Positions 21,322-29,218 of a stretch of 64,000 nucleotides of DNA are shown in pieces. This DNA is from an uncultured Legionella sp. (GTDB taxonomy: Bacteria > Pseudomonadota > Gammaproteobacteria > Legionellales > Legionellaceae): positions 26,637-90,636 of the forward strand of contig CAZNVR010000001.1 of the NCBI GenBank assembly GCA_964576655.1, read 5' to 3'. Within the stretch, counting starts at the first letter, position 1. Every line of letters starts with the position of its first letter. The position numbers were made by a program, and so were the translations under genes. The notes beneath the pieces were generated by a model. It searched no databases. It was not told where the DNA came from and saw only the letters and a program-made list of their open reading frames with translations.

Positions 21322-21570
21322 TTAGTCCTCAAGATCTAAAAGATCATCGTCATCATCAAAATCATCTTCATCTTCGTCATAAGCGTACGATGATCTACAT
21401 GAATCAGAATTATTCAATTTAAAATCACATTCACTACATAACATATTGCCATCGCTACATGTATCTAAAAGAAGATCTTTAAAACCAGTACAATAAAAAC
21501 AAATGCCTAGTTTCGTTGGATGTCGATCTTCTAAATCAATATCATTTGTAAAAAGATTAAGTTGTTTCAT
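21322..21570 (-). CDS. Cys-rich protein with poly-acidic C-terminal tail
   Basis: 82 aa with CFYC..CSEC and the tail YAYDEDEDDFDDDDDLLDLED. Confidence 0.6.
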   Translation of the reverse strand: MKQLNLFTNDIDLEDRHPTKLGICFYCTGFKDLLLDTCSDGNMLCSECDFKLNNSDSCRSSYAYDEDEDDFDDDDDLLDLED

Positions 21571-21845
21571 ATATTTACTCTTTTCTTTTTGCGACGATCA
21601 AATATTGGTATGTTATACCATGCAATCTTCGCGGCTTTTTTAATGTGACGACAAATGCTATTGAGATTCGATGATTCTATGGTACGCTGATCAAATCGAC
21701 TAAATAAGATTGTATGAGGTTGGGTATTAAAAACTTCAATGAAATTCTTGCATCCATTATGTGTTGCAGCATATTCAGCTTCTGTTTGTTCTTTAATAAT
21801 ATTATCCATTTCAACAACTTGCGTTTTATCAAAATCTTTTATCAT
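21567..21845 (-). CDS. hypothetical protein, first gene after cassette copy 4
   Basis: 92 aa with SD TAGGTG. Confidence 0.6.
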   Translation of the reverse strand: MIKDFDKTQVVEMDNIIKEQTEAEYAATHNGCKNFIEVFNTQPHTILFSRFDQRTIESSNLNSICRHIKKAAKIAWYNIPIFDRRKKKRVNI

Positions 21846-21909
21846 AATCGCACCTATATTAGAATAGTCTCATAATATGTGATAAATGTACACAAAATAA
21901 TGGAATTAA
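21846..21909 (-). promoter_or_regulatory. conserved promoter/regulatory cassette, copy 4 (diverged)
   Basis: Minus strand reads AATTCCATTATTTTGTGTACATTTATCACATATTATGAGACTATTC. Confidence 0.5.
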
Positions 21910-21924
21910 ATACAGATACGATAA

Positions 21925-22287
21925 TTACTTAATTTTATTAACTTTTTTGGCTTTACCATTGCACGTTTCATACCAAAATTTAATAATAGGTGGTTCTTTA
22001 AATAAATATAAAGAAATACAATCAGGTTGAAAACGTCGATTTAATTTAGCTAATGTTTTTCCGGAAAATACAGCTGTATCTATAATAAGTATAGGTTTTA
22101 AAGCTTGTGGAATGCTTTTTAATGAGGAAGGTAAAAATGGGATACCTAGAAAATGACTTGCATATACTGATGCGACTGCACCGCTACGACCTGGACCCAT
22201 AACAGATTTTACATTCATTTTAAGATTTGATAATTTATTACTCAATCTCTCACGAAATTCAGGCTCTAAAACAATGCGATAAGTCAT
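21925..22287 (-). CDS. small type I phosphoribosyltransferase-like protein
   Basis: 120 aa. KPILIIDTAVFSGKTL matches the PRPP-binding loop (acidic-hydrophobic run followed by SG.T). Confidence 0.5.
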   Translation of the reverse strand: MTYRIVLEPEFRERLSNKLSNLKMNVKSVMGPGRSGAVASVYASHFLGIPFLPSSLKSIPQALKPILIIDTAVFSGKTLAKLNRRFQPDCISLYLFKEPPIIKFWYETCNGKAKKVNKIK

Positions 22288-22294
22288 AAAAACA

Positions 22295-22355
22295 ACGCCA
22301 CACTACGTTGTAATAGTGTGGCGTCTTCTAAGCGGTTAGAGGAGAACCGCAGAAG
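22295..22355 (-). terminator. twin GC-rich hairpins, terminator-like
   Basis: ACGCCACACTA/TAGTGTGGCGT forms 11 bp (22295-22324). On the minus strand this is followed by TGTTTTTATG. A second hairpin, CTTCTAAGCGGTT..AACCGCAGAAG, lies at 22325-22355. Confidence 0.55.
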
Positions 22356-22360
22356 AAAAA

Positions 22361-23098
22361 TTACCACGTCGCCTTCGTCAAATGCCAGATACAGTTACGT
22401 GAGAATTGTGGAAATAATGGTGCAAATAACACAGCTAATGTATTTGTATCATAATATTGTTGGAGATGCGCAAAATGATCTTGCTGCGCTGTCGACATAT
22501 GAGGCAAAATATCTTTTTGACTTGCAAACGTTCCATAATGTGCTTCAATATTAAAACGTTTTGAAAGCTCTTCCTTAAGCTCATCATATCGCCATTCATA
22601 TACATGATTTTCAGCTGCTGAACCATTAAAACAGGGGGTTGATAGAAAGACTTTTGTATGTGGTTTAGTCCATTGTGCAATTGTATCAAGAAGTTTTAAC
22701 CCAGAATCACGGTCAACATGTTCAATAACTTCGAAACATGTAATAATATCATAATCATGATCCGGAACAATTTCAGGTTGCTTAATTAAATCAACTTGAT
22801 AAAATTCCGTGGGAAAATTAGTTTTAATATTCTCTTTATTATGGCTCACCGCACTTTCACGATACTCTAATCCTACATAAAGCGAAGGTTTTGCTTTATT
22901 AGAATACAATGCCATACACATTGGTGCATCTTTACCACATCCAACATCAAGAATCTTTTTTTCACGACCCCAAAATTTCGCAACATGTGTCCATCGTAAA
23001 TGATGAGCTAAAATATCACGATGCATAACTTGACGCTTACTATATTGGTCAGCAGTTAACTGCGTCGTATTATAGCCATTTTTATTAATGTTCACCAT
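22361..23098 (-). CDS. class I SAM-dependent methyltransferase
   Basis: 245 aa. Motif I is KILDVGCGKDAP, and DIITCFEVIEHV is the post-II/III region. The substrate is not inferable. Confidence 0.7.
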   Translation of the reverse strand: MVNINKNGYNTTQLTADQYSKRQVMHRDILAHHLRWTHVAKFWGREKKILDVGCGKDAPMCMALYSNKAKPSLYVGLEYRESAVSHNKENIKTNFPTEFYQVDLIKQPEIVPDHDYDIITCFEVIEHVDRDSGLKLLDTIAQWTKPHTKVFLSTPCFNGSAAENHVYEWRYDELKEELSKRFNIEAHYGTFASQKDILPHMSTAQQDHFAHLQQYYDTNTLAVLFAPLFPQFSRNCIWHLTKATW

Positions 23099-23133
23099 TA
23101 TTGCTCCATTCTTGTTTAATATTTGATGATATA

Positions 23134-23673
23134 TTAAGCAGCAGTAGATGTTGTATCCACAGATGTATTCTCAATAACAATACGCTTCTTATGAAAATTA
23201 CTATACCATGTAACCAAGGCTTTGGGGGATTGTTTTGTTTTAAATACACCATCTTTAATTTTAACTTCTAAATCTGATACTAAAACTGATTTCTCAACTT
23301 TTGCATCCAATTGTGTTTTAATATAAGTAGCGATACTTTCAGTTTTTCTACGGTTTCCCATAGGATTACCTCCTGGTTGTTGAGTTTGAAGAGAAGTATT
23401 GAATTCATGATGAATTTTAATAATTCTATCCATTAACTCTTTGTGTTGACTATACATAGAACATTTACGCTGCATTTTTATAGGGCATAAGCGAGGTTTT
23501 AAACGGTTTTCCACGCATATTCTTTGTGTTAATTTTCGTCCTTCAAGACCACATGATTGCTCACAATCATTGTCTTTTTTTATTTGACATTCATCAAGTG
23601 CCACAAGCAAACGAGGATCATTATATAGCCATGTGTGACAACTACGGCGCAATTCATGATAAAATTTATTCAT
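23134..23673 (-). CDS. hypothetical Cys-rich protein
   Basis: 179 aa. Confidence 0.6.
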   Translation of the reverse strand: MNKFYHELRRSCHTWLYNDPRLLVALDECQIKKDNDCEQSCGLEGRKLTQRICVENRLKPRLCPIKMQRKCSMYSQHKELMDRIIKIHHEFNTSLQTQQPGGNPMGNRRKTESIATYIKTQLDAKVEKSVLVSDLEVKIKDGVFKTKQSPKALVTWYSNFHKKRIVIENTSVDTTSTAA

Positions 23674-23895
23674 TTAGTTTATCTCATTACACAATACTCG
23701 TGCTTCACACAAAGAAGAAGCAGCGAACGCATAACCATTATATCCGTTATACCAAATCCAACATTGTGATTCTTCAGTTGTTCGTTGAATTGCATCAGCA
23801 TAAGTCTCACTAGGTTGTAAATAAATATGCTTATGTTCACGAACCCCTTCATTTGGAATGTAAATATAAGTTTTTAACATAATATCCTCGTTCAA
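23674..23895 (-). CDS. hypothetical protein
   Basis: 73 aa. Confidence 0.55.
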   Translation of the reverse strand: MNEDIMLKTYIYIPNEGVREHKHIYLQPSETYADAIQRTTEESQCWIWYNGYNGYAFAASSLCEARVLCNEIN

Positions 23896-24503
23896 TTAGA
23901 AAAATACATCGTGCTTGTATTATTTATACCAGCAACATTCCAAGGTAAAATAGTATTTGATTCATTTTTTACAATTACTTCATAATGCTTTTGAATTTTA
24001 CGCCAATACCGTTGACGATATTTAGGCGTTAATGAATGGTATGCTGTAGCCCAATAAGGTGAAGTTGTAACATTTTGTTTTGCTTTATAATATGCCAAGA
24101 TACGACCCATAGTTTCAACATTGAATTTCCAATTCCACAAATCTTGATGCTTGTATCCATAGAATTTAGCCCATAGAGGTTCAATTTGTCCTAATCCTAT
24201 ACCATGACGATTGCGCGCCTTTGAATCAAAATTACTCTCTTGCTTAGTGACCACTACGAGAATGCGCCAATCAATATTATAATAATGTGAGACAGCTGAT
24301 ATTTGAGTTGATAGCTTCGTGCACCATTGGCGTTCAATAGTGGGCGTTAATTTTTGAATAGCATTACTAATGTTTTGTATTTCACGATCTTTAGACTCCG
24401 TTGTGATACTATGATAACGGTGCGACGTCTGTGCATTATGATATGATGTACTTGAGCAACATGTCAAACAAACAACAATAATAAAAAATAGAAAATTTCG
24501 CAT
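23892..24503 (-). CDS. lipoprotein lytic transglycosylase (SLT domain)
   Basis: 203 aa. The signal/lipobox is FFIIVVCLTCC, and the SLT motif is TKQESNFDSKA..GIGLGQI. Confidence 0.7.
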   Translation of the reverse strand: MRNFLFFIIVVCLTCCSSTSYHNAQTSHRYHSITTESKDREIQNISNAIQKLTPTIERQWCTKLSTQISAVSHYYNIDWRILVVVTKQESNFDSKARNRHGIGLGQIEPLWAKFYGYKHQDLWNWKFNVETMGRILAYYKAKQNVTTSPYWATAYHSLTPKYRQRYWRKIQKHYEVIVKNESNTILPWNVAGINNTSTMYFSN

Positions 24504-24506
24504 TCT

Positions 24507-24725
24507 TTAGTCCTCCTCTTCAAAAGTTAATAACCAGCGTATATCGGTTAGAATATCATCACTATGATATGTCCGATCAATATAGCCCTCTCTAAAATAA
24601 TTCGATGTTGCTACGCCCTCTTCAGTTCTATAGCCACACAAGATGCATTGACTGATAATAAGTCCTTGTGCTGTTTTATTAACAAGACCTTCAGCTCTAC
24701 ATTTTGGGCATTCTAATGCAAACAT
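24507..24725 (-). CDS. zinc-ribbon protein (leaderless geometry)
   Basis: CPKC..CILCGY. The first ATG at 24725 lies 6 nt after TATAAT. The track start at 24731 is GTG. Confidence 0.55.
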   Translation of the reverse strand: MFALECPKCRAEGLVNKTAQGLIISQCILCGYRTEEGVATSNYFREGYIDRTYHSDDILTDIRWLLTFEEED

Positions 24726-24731
24726 GTCCAC

Positions 24732-24740
24732 ATTATACCC
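24732..24740 (-). promoter_or_regulatory. -10 element GGGTATAAT, 6 nt upstream of ATG 24725
   Basis: Minus strand reads GTAGGGTATAATGTGGAC-ATG. Confidence 0.4.
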
Positions 24741-24799
24741 TACATAGTTGTGGCATTAATACATAAAAATAAATTTTGATGATTTTGTTTAAAAAAACT

Positions 24800-25309
24800 C
24801 TATGAATACAAGCCTTTAGCCCATATAAAAGTTTCACGAGAACGACGTATTGAGAGTCCAGAAGTAACTTTTCCACCAGCTTTATTCCAACGAATTAATT
24901 GTCCTTGCGCAACGCCCTTATCATCGATCCAACCAACTTTGTCATATTTGCCTTCATTTAATAGGCGCAAGAGTGTACTCGCTGCAAAATTACTTGGTCC
25001 CACATTAAAGACAAACGATACTAATGTATCAAATTGTGCTTGACTTAAGGGAACAGTGACTAAATGATTGACGGTATCTTCTGTATGGACTAAATCTTGA
25101 CGAAGCAGCTTATCTACCTGTGCTTTTGTGAGTCCAGATTGATATGGAATGGGGATACCATCAATCGATATGGTGCCGCTTTTGTGCTCATCAGAAGTAA
25201 TTAAATGCCCAACACCAATGGTGTCAAAATTTGCTGAATCACGATATACCTTTAAGCGGAAGCCTTCAAATTTAACAATTTGTTGAATACCATTATCACT
25301 TGTCTTCAT
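24800..25309 (-). CDS. endolysin, T4-type lysozyme (GH24)
   Basis: 169 aa. IVKFEGFRLKVYRDSANFDTIGVGHLI parallels T4 e [26 protein letters not shown], including the catalytic Glu. Confidence 0.9.
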   Translation of the reverse strand: MKTSDNGIQQIVKFEGFRLKVYRDSANFDTIGVGHLITSDEHKSGTISIDGIPIPYQSGLTKAQVDKLLRQDLVHTEDTVNHLVTVPLSQAQFDTLVSFVFNVGPSNFAASTLLRLLNEGKYDKVGWIDDKGVAQGQLIRWNKAGGKVTSGLSIRRSRETFIWAKGLYS

Positions 25310-25676
25310 TTTTGAAAATCACCTCATTTAAATCTTGTAGCCATTGAGATGATTGAATTGATCCATCATCATTGAACTGTCGCACAACCCCTACATTTGC
25401 TAATGATACTATATTAAGTGCGGCATGTGGTGATCCATTGAGTCGAGGAATTTCACCTATCATAGCTTTCTTAGGAAAATTTAACTTTGTTACGTTTTCT
25501 TTTAATACAACAACTTCACTCTGAGGAAAACCTTGAATTTGATCAATTTTCAAAATTAAATAATTTCCACCTACATTCTTAACTTTGCATTTTAATAAAA
25601 CATCATAATCTGTAGCATAAAAAGAAGATATAATCTTATCATTTGATAATTGCATATTAAAATCCAATAACTTCAT
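25296..25676 (-). CDS. hypothetical protein
   Basis: 126 aa. Confidence 0.6.
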   Translation of the reverse strand: MKLLDFNMQLSNDKIISSFYATDYDVLLKCKVKNVGGNYLILKIDQIQGFPQSEVVVLKENVTKLNFPKKAMIGEIPRLNGSPHAALNIVSLANVGVVRQFNDDGSIQSSQWLQDLNEVIFKNEDK

Positions 25677-26172
25677 GTAAAGTTACTCGATGATCAAAAC
25701 CCTCTTCATCATCAGGTACTTCTAATTGAGCATAAAATGTATGATGCAATCTATTGACCATTTCTGTTGCATCTTGTATACTAATGCCTTTTTGCATAGC
25801 ACATTGAACCGCACGTTGAGCAGCAAGTGGCATTTCAATATCAATATATAAAAGTCCAACAGATGCATTGTATTCACGAGCTAATTTTATCCATGATTGC
25901 CGTATTGTTTTTGTTGGATTAATATCATCAATAATTAATAAATTACCAGAAATTAACGCATAGCGAGCAAAAATCATTTGTTGAGCGTGATTTAAACGTT
26001 TTCCATCAATACGTGTTCCACCTAAAGCTTTATAAATCAAGCGATACGCAAGAGTTTTTCCAGCTCCTTGCGGTCCACATAACACAATAACACAACATTG
26101 ACTAAGTGATTCAACAAACTTCATAGATCCATTATAGCATGAATTAGATGTTGTTTGTATCATCATTATCAT
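25657..26172 (-). CDS. P-loop kinase, polynucleotide-kinase (T4 Pnk kinase domain)-like; start uncertain
   Basis: Walker A is LCGPQGAGKT. LIIDDINPTKTIRQSWIKLAREY..IDIEMPLAAQRA parallels T4 Pnkp [34 protein letters not shown] (recalled). Confidence 0.5.
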   Translation of the reverse strand: MIMMIQTTSNSCYNGSMKFVESLSQCCVIVLCGPQGAGKTLAYRLIYKALGGTRIDGKRLNHAQQMIFARYALISGNLLIIDDINPTKTIRQSWIKLAREYNASVGLLYIDIEMPLAAQRAVQCAMQKGISIQDATEMVNRLHHTFYAQLEVPDDEEGFDHRVTLHEVIGF

Positions 26173-26464
26173 TATTCAATGGTGGAATCTCTATCCTCTC
26201 GTCTTCGCGATCTAGAAAAAAAGAATATGAATTTAATAATAGATTCCAAATACTTATAGAATTTTTTAATTGAACTTTTAAAAAAGCATTATATTCAGAA
26301 ATGCAAAGCTGCTGTTGTGGATGCAACGGTTTGAATTCAAAAAATGAATCTAATGAATTATCAAATAGATCCGTTAACGTCTTATTAAACGTTTGCATGA
26401 CATTACTTAAAGTAGCAGCATGCTTCGATTCAATGGCGGTTAAATTAATTGGTTTCTTACTCAT
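26144..26464 (-). CDS. hypothetical protein
   Basis: 106 aa. Confidence 0.55.
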   Translation of the reverse strand: MSKKPINLTAIESKHAATLSNVMQTFNKTLTDLFDNSLDSFFEFKPLHPQQQLCISEYNAFLKVQLKNSISIWNLLLNSYSFFLDREDERIEIPPLNNDNDDTNNI

Positions 26465-26760
26465 TGACGAATCTCGATTTGTGACATTTTTGGATACTTA
26501 TCATCTAGCCGGAACATATAGACAGAACCGTCTGCTAAACACCATACTTTAGCGACGCCATATTGCTTTGGATCATCATCAATTAATTCTCCTAATAGTC
26601 GCTGTAATTGTTCATATTTAACATCAATCAATTTACGACTAATTTTTGATGCATTATCAAATGCAAACAATGGCCATAAGTGATTTAATCCATTGTTGTC
26701 AATAGCACCAATAATCATTGATCCATGATCTTGCTTAATTAATTTTAATCCTATGTCCAT
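26461..26760 (-). CDS. hypothetical protein (leaderless geometry)
   Basis: 99 aa. The ATG lies 6 nt after TGGTATAAT. Confidence 0.6.
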   Translation of the reverse strand: MDIGLKLIKQDHGSMIIGAIDNNGLNHLWPLFAFDNASKISRKLIDVKYEQLQRLLGELIDDDPKQYGVAKVWCLADGSVYMFRLDDKYPKMSQIEIRQ

Positions 26761-26766
26761 AATCTA

Positions 26767-26775
26767 ATTATACCA
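26767..26775 (-). promoter_or_regulatory. extended -10 TGGTATAAT, 6 nt upstream of ATG 26760
   Basis: Minus strand reads CTTTGGTATAATTAGATT-ATG. Confidence 0.5.
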
Positions 26776-26784
26776 AAGTACTTA

Positions 26785-26817
26785 AGGACCATCATTTTTT
26801 ATTTTTATGATGGTCCT
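26785..26817. terminator. 11-bp stem-loop AGGACCATCAT/ATGATGGTCCT (possible terminator or RNA-stability element)
   Basis: Perfect stem with an 11-nt T-rich loop, lying between ORF 26826-27761 and the next promoter. Neither strand has a clean U-tract after it. Confidence 0.4.
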
Positions 26818-26825
26818 AAAAAAGA

Positions 26826-27761
26826 TTATGCTGCCAACTGTATCGCGTCATGAAGTGCGCGCTCTTTTATTAATTTACCTTGACCAAACCATGCTTGATT
26901 TAAGCGCGTATCGCTGTGTCCTCTATAATGATCAACATACTGCGTTACTGCATTATATGCAGACCATAATGATCCACCAATCGATGAAAGATTGTTTGTT
27001 ATATCATTGTTAAATAAATCAACAATCTTTTCAACAGTGCGTGTTTCTTTATGCTTCTCAATAACGTTTAAATCAGTCAGTTGCGGATATATAACTTTCG
27101 TAACATATTGCTCAATATTTTTGACACCTACAGATGCTAAGTGACGATACTGTGTTAATGTAGCGTCAAATGTATTGTTGGCAGTATCAATGATTCCTCG
27201 TACATCTTCAAGATTTTGCACAACTCTTGATGAATGCATTAATCCAACACGCGGTGTATCCATTGCTTCAGCCATATTGAGAGTATTAGCGCAGACAACG
27301 CGTTGTGGAGTAAATTGTACATTTATTCCATTGCGACCATTATGTGCTGCAGATAAAAGAAGGAAGCGCTCGACAATATCGCCTTTAACAATTTCCATGT
27401 TATCGCCAGCTAATTTAACCAATATCCATATACGTGCACCACTTTGCAAACTGCCTGCAGTATGATATTGAGCTAAACCTGCTTTGACAATTGGATCAAA
27501 AAATGCAAAAGCTTCAACATTTTGAAGTGGTGTATATCGTGCTTTTACGACACCATAAACTTGTCCATCTGTTTCGCGTTGAATTGCAAGAAATTCATTA
27601 AATGTACGTTCGCCTACAGTAATGGGCTTTAAACCTACTTTCCAATCAAGACCAGCATCACGAATCGCTTCTTCAGATGTAGGTGGTTGATCTAATTTTT
27701 TACCTAATCCATGCCACGGTGTTTCGCCTACATAAAACATATTTTCAACTTGATGAGCCAT
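26826..27761 (-). CDS. DUF932 / phage-plasmid-like protein (TIGR03299-like)
   Basis: 311 aa. The N-terminus MAHQVENMFYVGETPWHGLGKKL is characteristic of that family. Confidence 0.6.
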   Translation of the reverse strand: MAHQVENMFYVGETPWHGLGKKLDQPPTSEEAIRDAGLDWKVGLKPITVGERTFNEFLAIQRETDGQVYGVVKARYTPLQNVEAFAFFDPIVKAGLAQYHTAGSLQSGARIWILVKLAGDNMEIVKGDIVERFLLLSAAHNGRNGINVQFTPQRVVCANTLNMAEAMDTPRVGLMHSSRVVQNLEDVRGIIDTANNTFDATLTQYRHLASVGVKNIEQYVTKVIYPQLTDLNVIEKHKETRTVEKIVDLFNNDITNNLSSIGGSLWSAYNAVTQYVDHYRGHSDTRLNQAWFGQGKLIKERALHDAIQLAA

Positions 27762-27810
27762 ATTATTCTCCTTTATTATTTATTTTTTCATATCATTAAC
27801 CATACATCAT

Positions 27811-27896
27811 AATAGTACTATAATATCGCAGCAATGTATACAAAAATAATGGAATTATTTTATAATTGCATAATTATATGATTTTATTAAGTTTTT
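27811..27896 (-). promoter_or_regulatory. conserved promoter/regulatory cassette, copy 5 (best copy)
   Basis: Minus strand reads ..TTAATAAAATCATATAATT..TAATTCCATTATTTTTGTATACATTGCTGCGATATTATAGTACTATTATGATGTATGGTTAATGAT. Confidence 0.6.
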
Positions 27897-28262
27897 TTAA
27901 TGAACAGTTGATGACAAATTAGTGAGACGGCCTAATATCGATGTAGCTTGAATCTGTGCTAATAATTCAAGTGATTGTGATTGAGTAAAGGATAATAAAG
28001 CATCTTCCGATAGAGACGGTATAGCGAGTCGTAACATTGTGAATGTAATATCAGATTCAGCGCTTCCAAGTTTCGATAATTGTTCAATAATTGTTAAATC
28101 ACGAAGATCATATTCATAAATAGGATATAACTCACCGTCAACATAAGCATCACAAATCTTCTTTTTACGTGGATTTATTGGCAATAATGATGGACAATCG
28201 ACAACTTGAAGTTCAATAGGTGGATCATTATTGATGGAAGTTTCTTTTTTCTTATGATCCAT
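27897..28262 (-). CDS. hypothetical protein
   Basis: 121 aa. Confidence 0.6.
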   Translation of the reverse strand: MDHKKKETSINNDPPIELQVVDCPSLLPINPRKKKICDAYVDGELYPIYEYDLRDLTIIEQLSKLGSAESDITFTMLRLAIPSLSEDALLSFTQSQSLELLAQIQATSILGRLTNLSSTVH

Positions 28263-28270
28263 TAAGCTTA

Positions 28271-29218
28271 TTATACTACTTTTTTATGAGTTTTCGTTGA
28301 AAGAAACAATGCAAGGTCTTTAGAATAGCATGCAATTTTATTCATTTGTATTGTGGTGTCTTTTTGTTTCCAAATTGATTTTAAAACAAACATTTCCACA
28401 AATAATTGCCAAAAAGGATCAATTGGTAAAAGCTCATGTGGATAATCATTCATATTAGAATTACGTAATATGCCTTCAATAATAGAAACATTATCTAGAT
28501 TATTCAGATTATCTTCTAAAGAAGTAGAATGTAATATCGGTAACTCTCCTGATGTCGATTGTTCATCAATCAACTCACGGGCTAATTGAAAATGTGCTTC
28601 ATATATATGCATTGAATTAGCAGTTAAATAAAGTTCACCCGGCACAATTCCAACACAACTTGCAATAAAATTTAATAACAAACAAAATGATGGCACATCA
28701 TAATTGTTTCCCCAAATGGCGTCATTGCTTCGCATTAAAACATGTAGATTTAATTGATTGTCGCGAATTAAAAAATGTAATGCCACAGTACACGGAACAT
28801 CTTTGCTAGTAGGTGGATTCCATCTCCAAAATGTCATGATTGCTTGACGTGTATCAGGATCTTTTTTTAAGGTATTAACCACAAAACGTAATTGTTCACG
28901 AAATGGTATGCCATACGCACCGTCATGGATACCGTCTTCTGAAAAAGACGAGATGTTTTTGTTATAATAATGCAGCATGGCTGTATCATTACGACCTAAT
29001 AAATACCATAGATTTTCAGCAAATAAAAAGAAAAAATTAAGATTACGTTTTTCTGATAAATATAAGCACTTCAATGGATCAATAGGACCCATCGTGTATG
29101 GACCACGAGCCTCTAGAGTTAATTGACCTCTTGGCGAAACTTTACGACCATTTGTTAAAATACAATCAACGGCTTTTTTAAACTCTATATGATATTCGTG
29201 ACCTTGTTGCAAAATCAA
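28271..29218 (-). CDS. ThyA-family pyrimidine C5-transferase, dCMP hydroxymethylase-like (T4 gp42-like)
   Basis: 315 aa. DPDTRQAIMTFW, catalytic-Cys motif VPCTVALHFLIRD and MRSNDAIWGNNYD are present. Asp occupies the position of E. coli ThyA Asn177, as with Asp179 of T4 gp42. Confidence 0.7.
   Translation of the reverse strand: MILQQGHEYHIEFKKAVDCILTNGRKVSPRGQLTLEARGPYTMGPIDPLKCLYLSEKRNLNFFFLFAENLWYLLGRNDTAMLHYYNKNISSFSEDGIHDGAYGIPFREQLRFVVNTLKKDPDTRQAIMTFWRWNPPTSKDVPCTVALHFLIRDNQLNLHVLMRSNDAIWGNNYDVPSFCLLLNFIASCVGIVPGELYLTANSMHIYEAHFQLARELIDEQSTSGELPILHSTSLEDNLNNLDNVSIIEGILRNSNMNDYPHELLPIDPFWQLFVEMFVLKSIWKQKDTTIQMNKIACYSKDLALFLSTKTHKKVV

Noticed and set aside
26785-26817. I considered calling the perfect 11-bp hairpin a canonical rho-independent terminator.
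   Set aside because: Neither strand has a U-tract immediately 3' of the stem; the T-run is in the loop or 5' of the stem. It is listed only as a low-confidence stem-loop.
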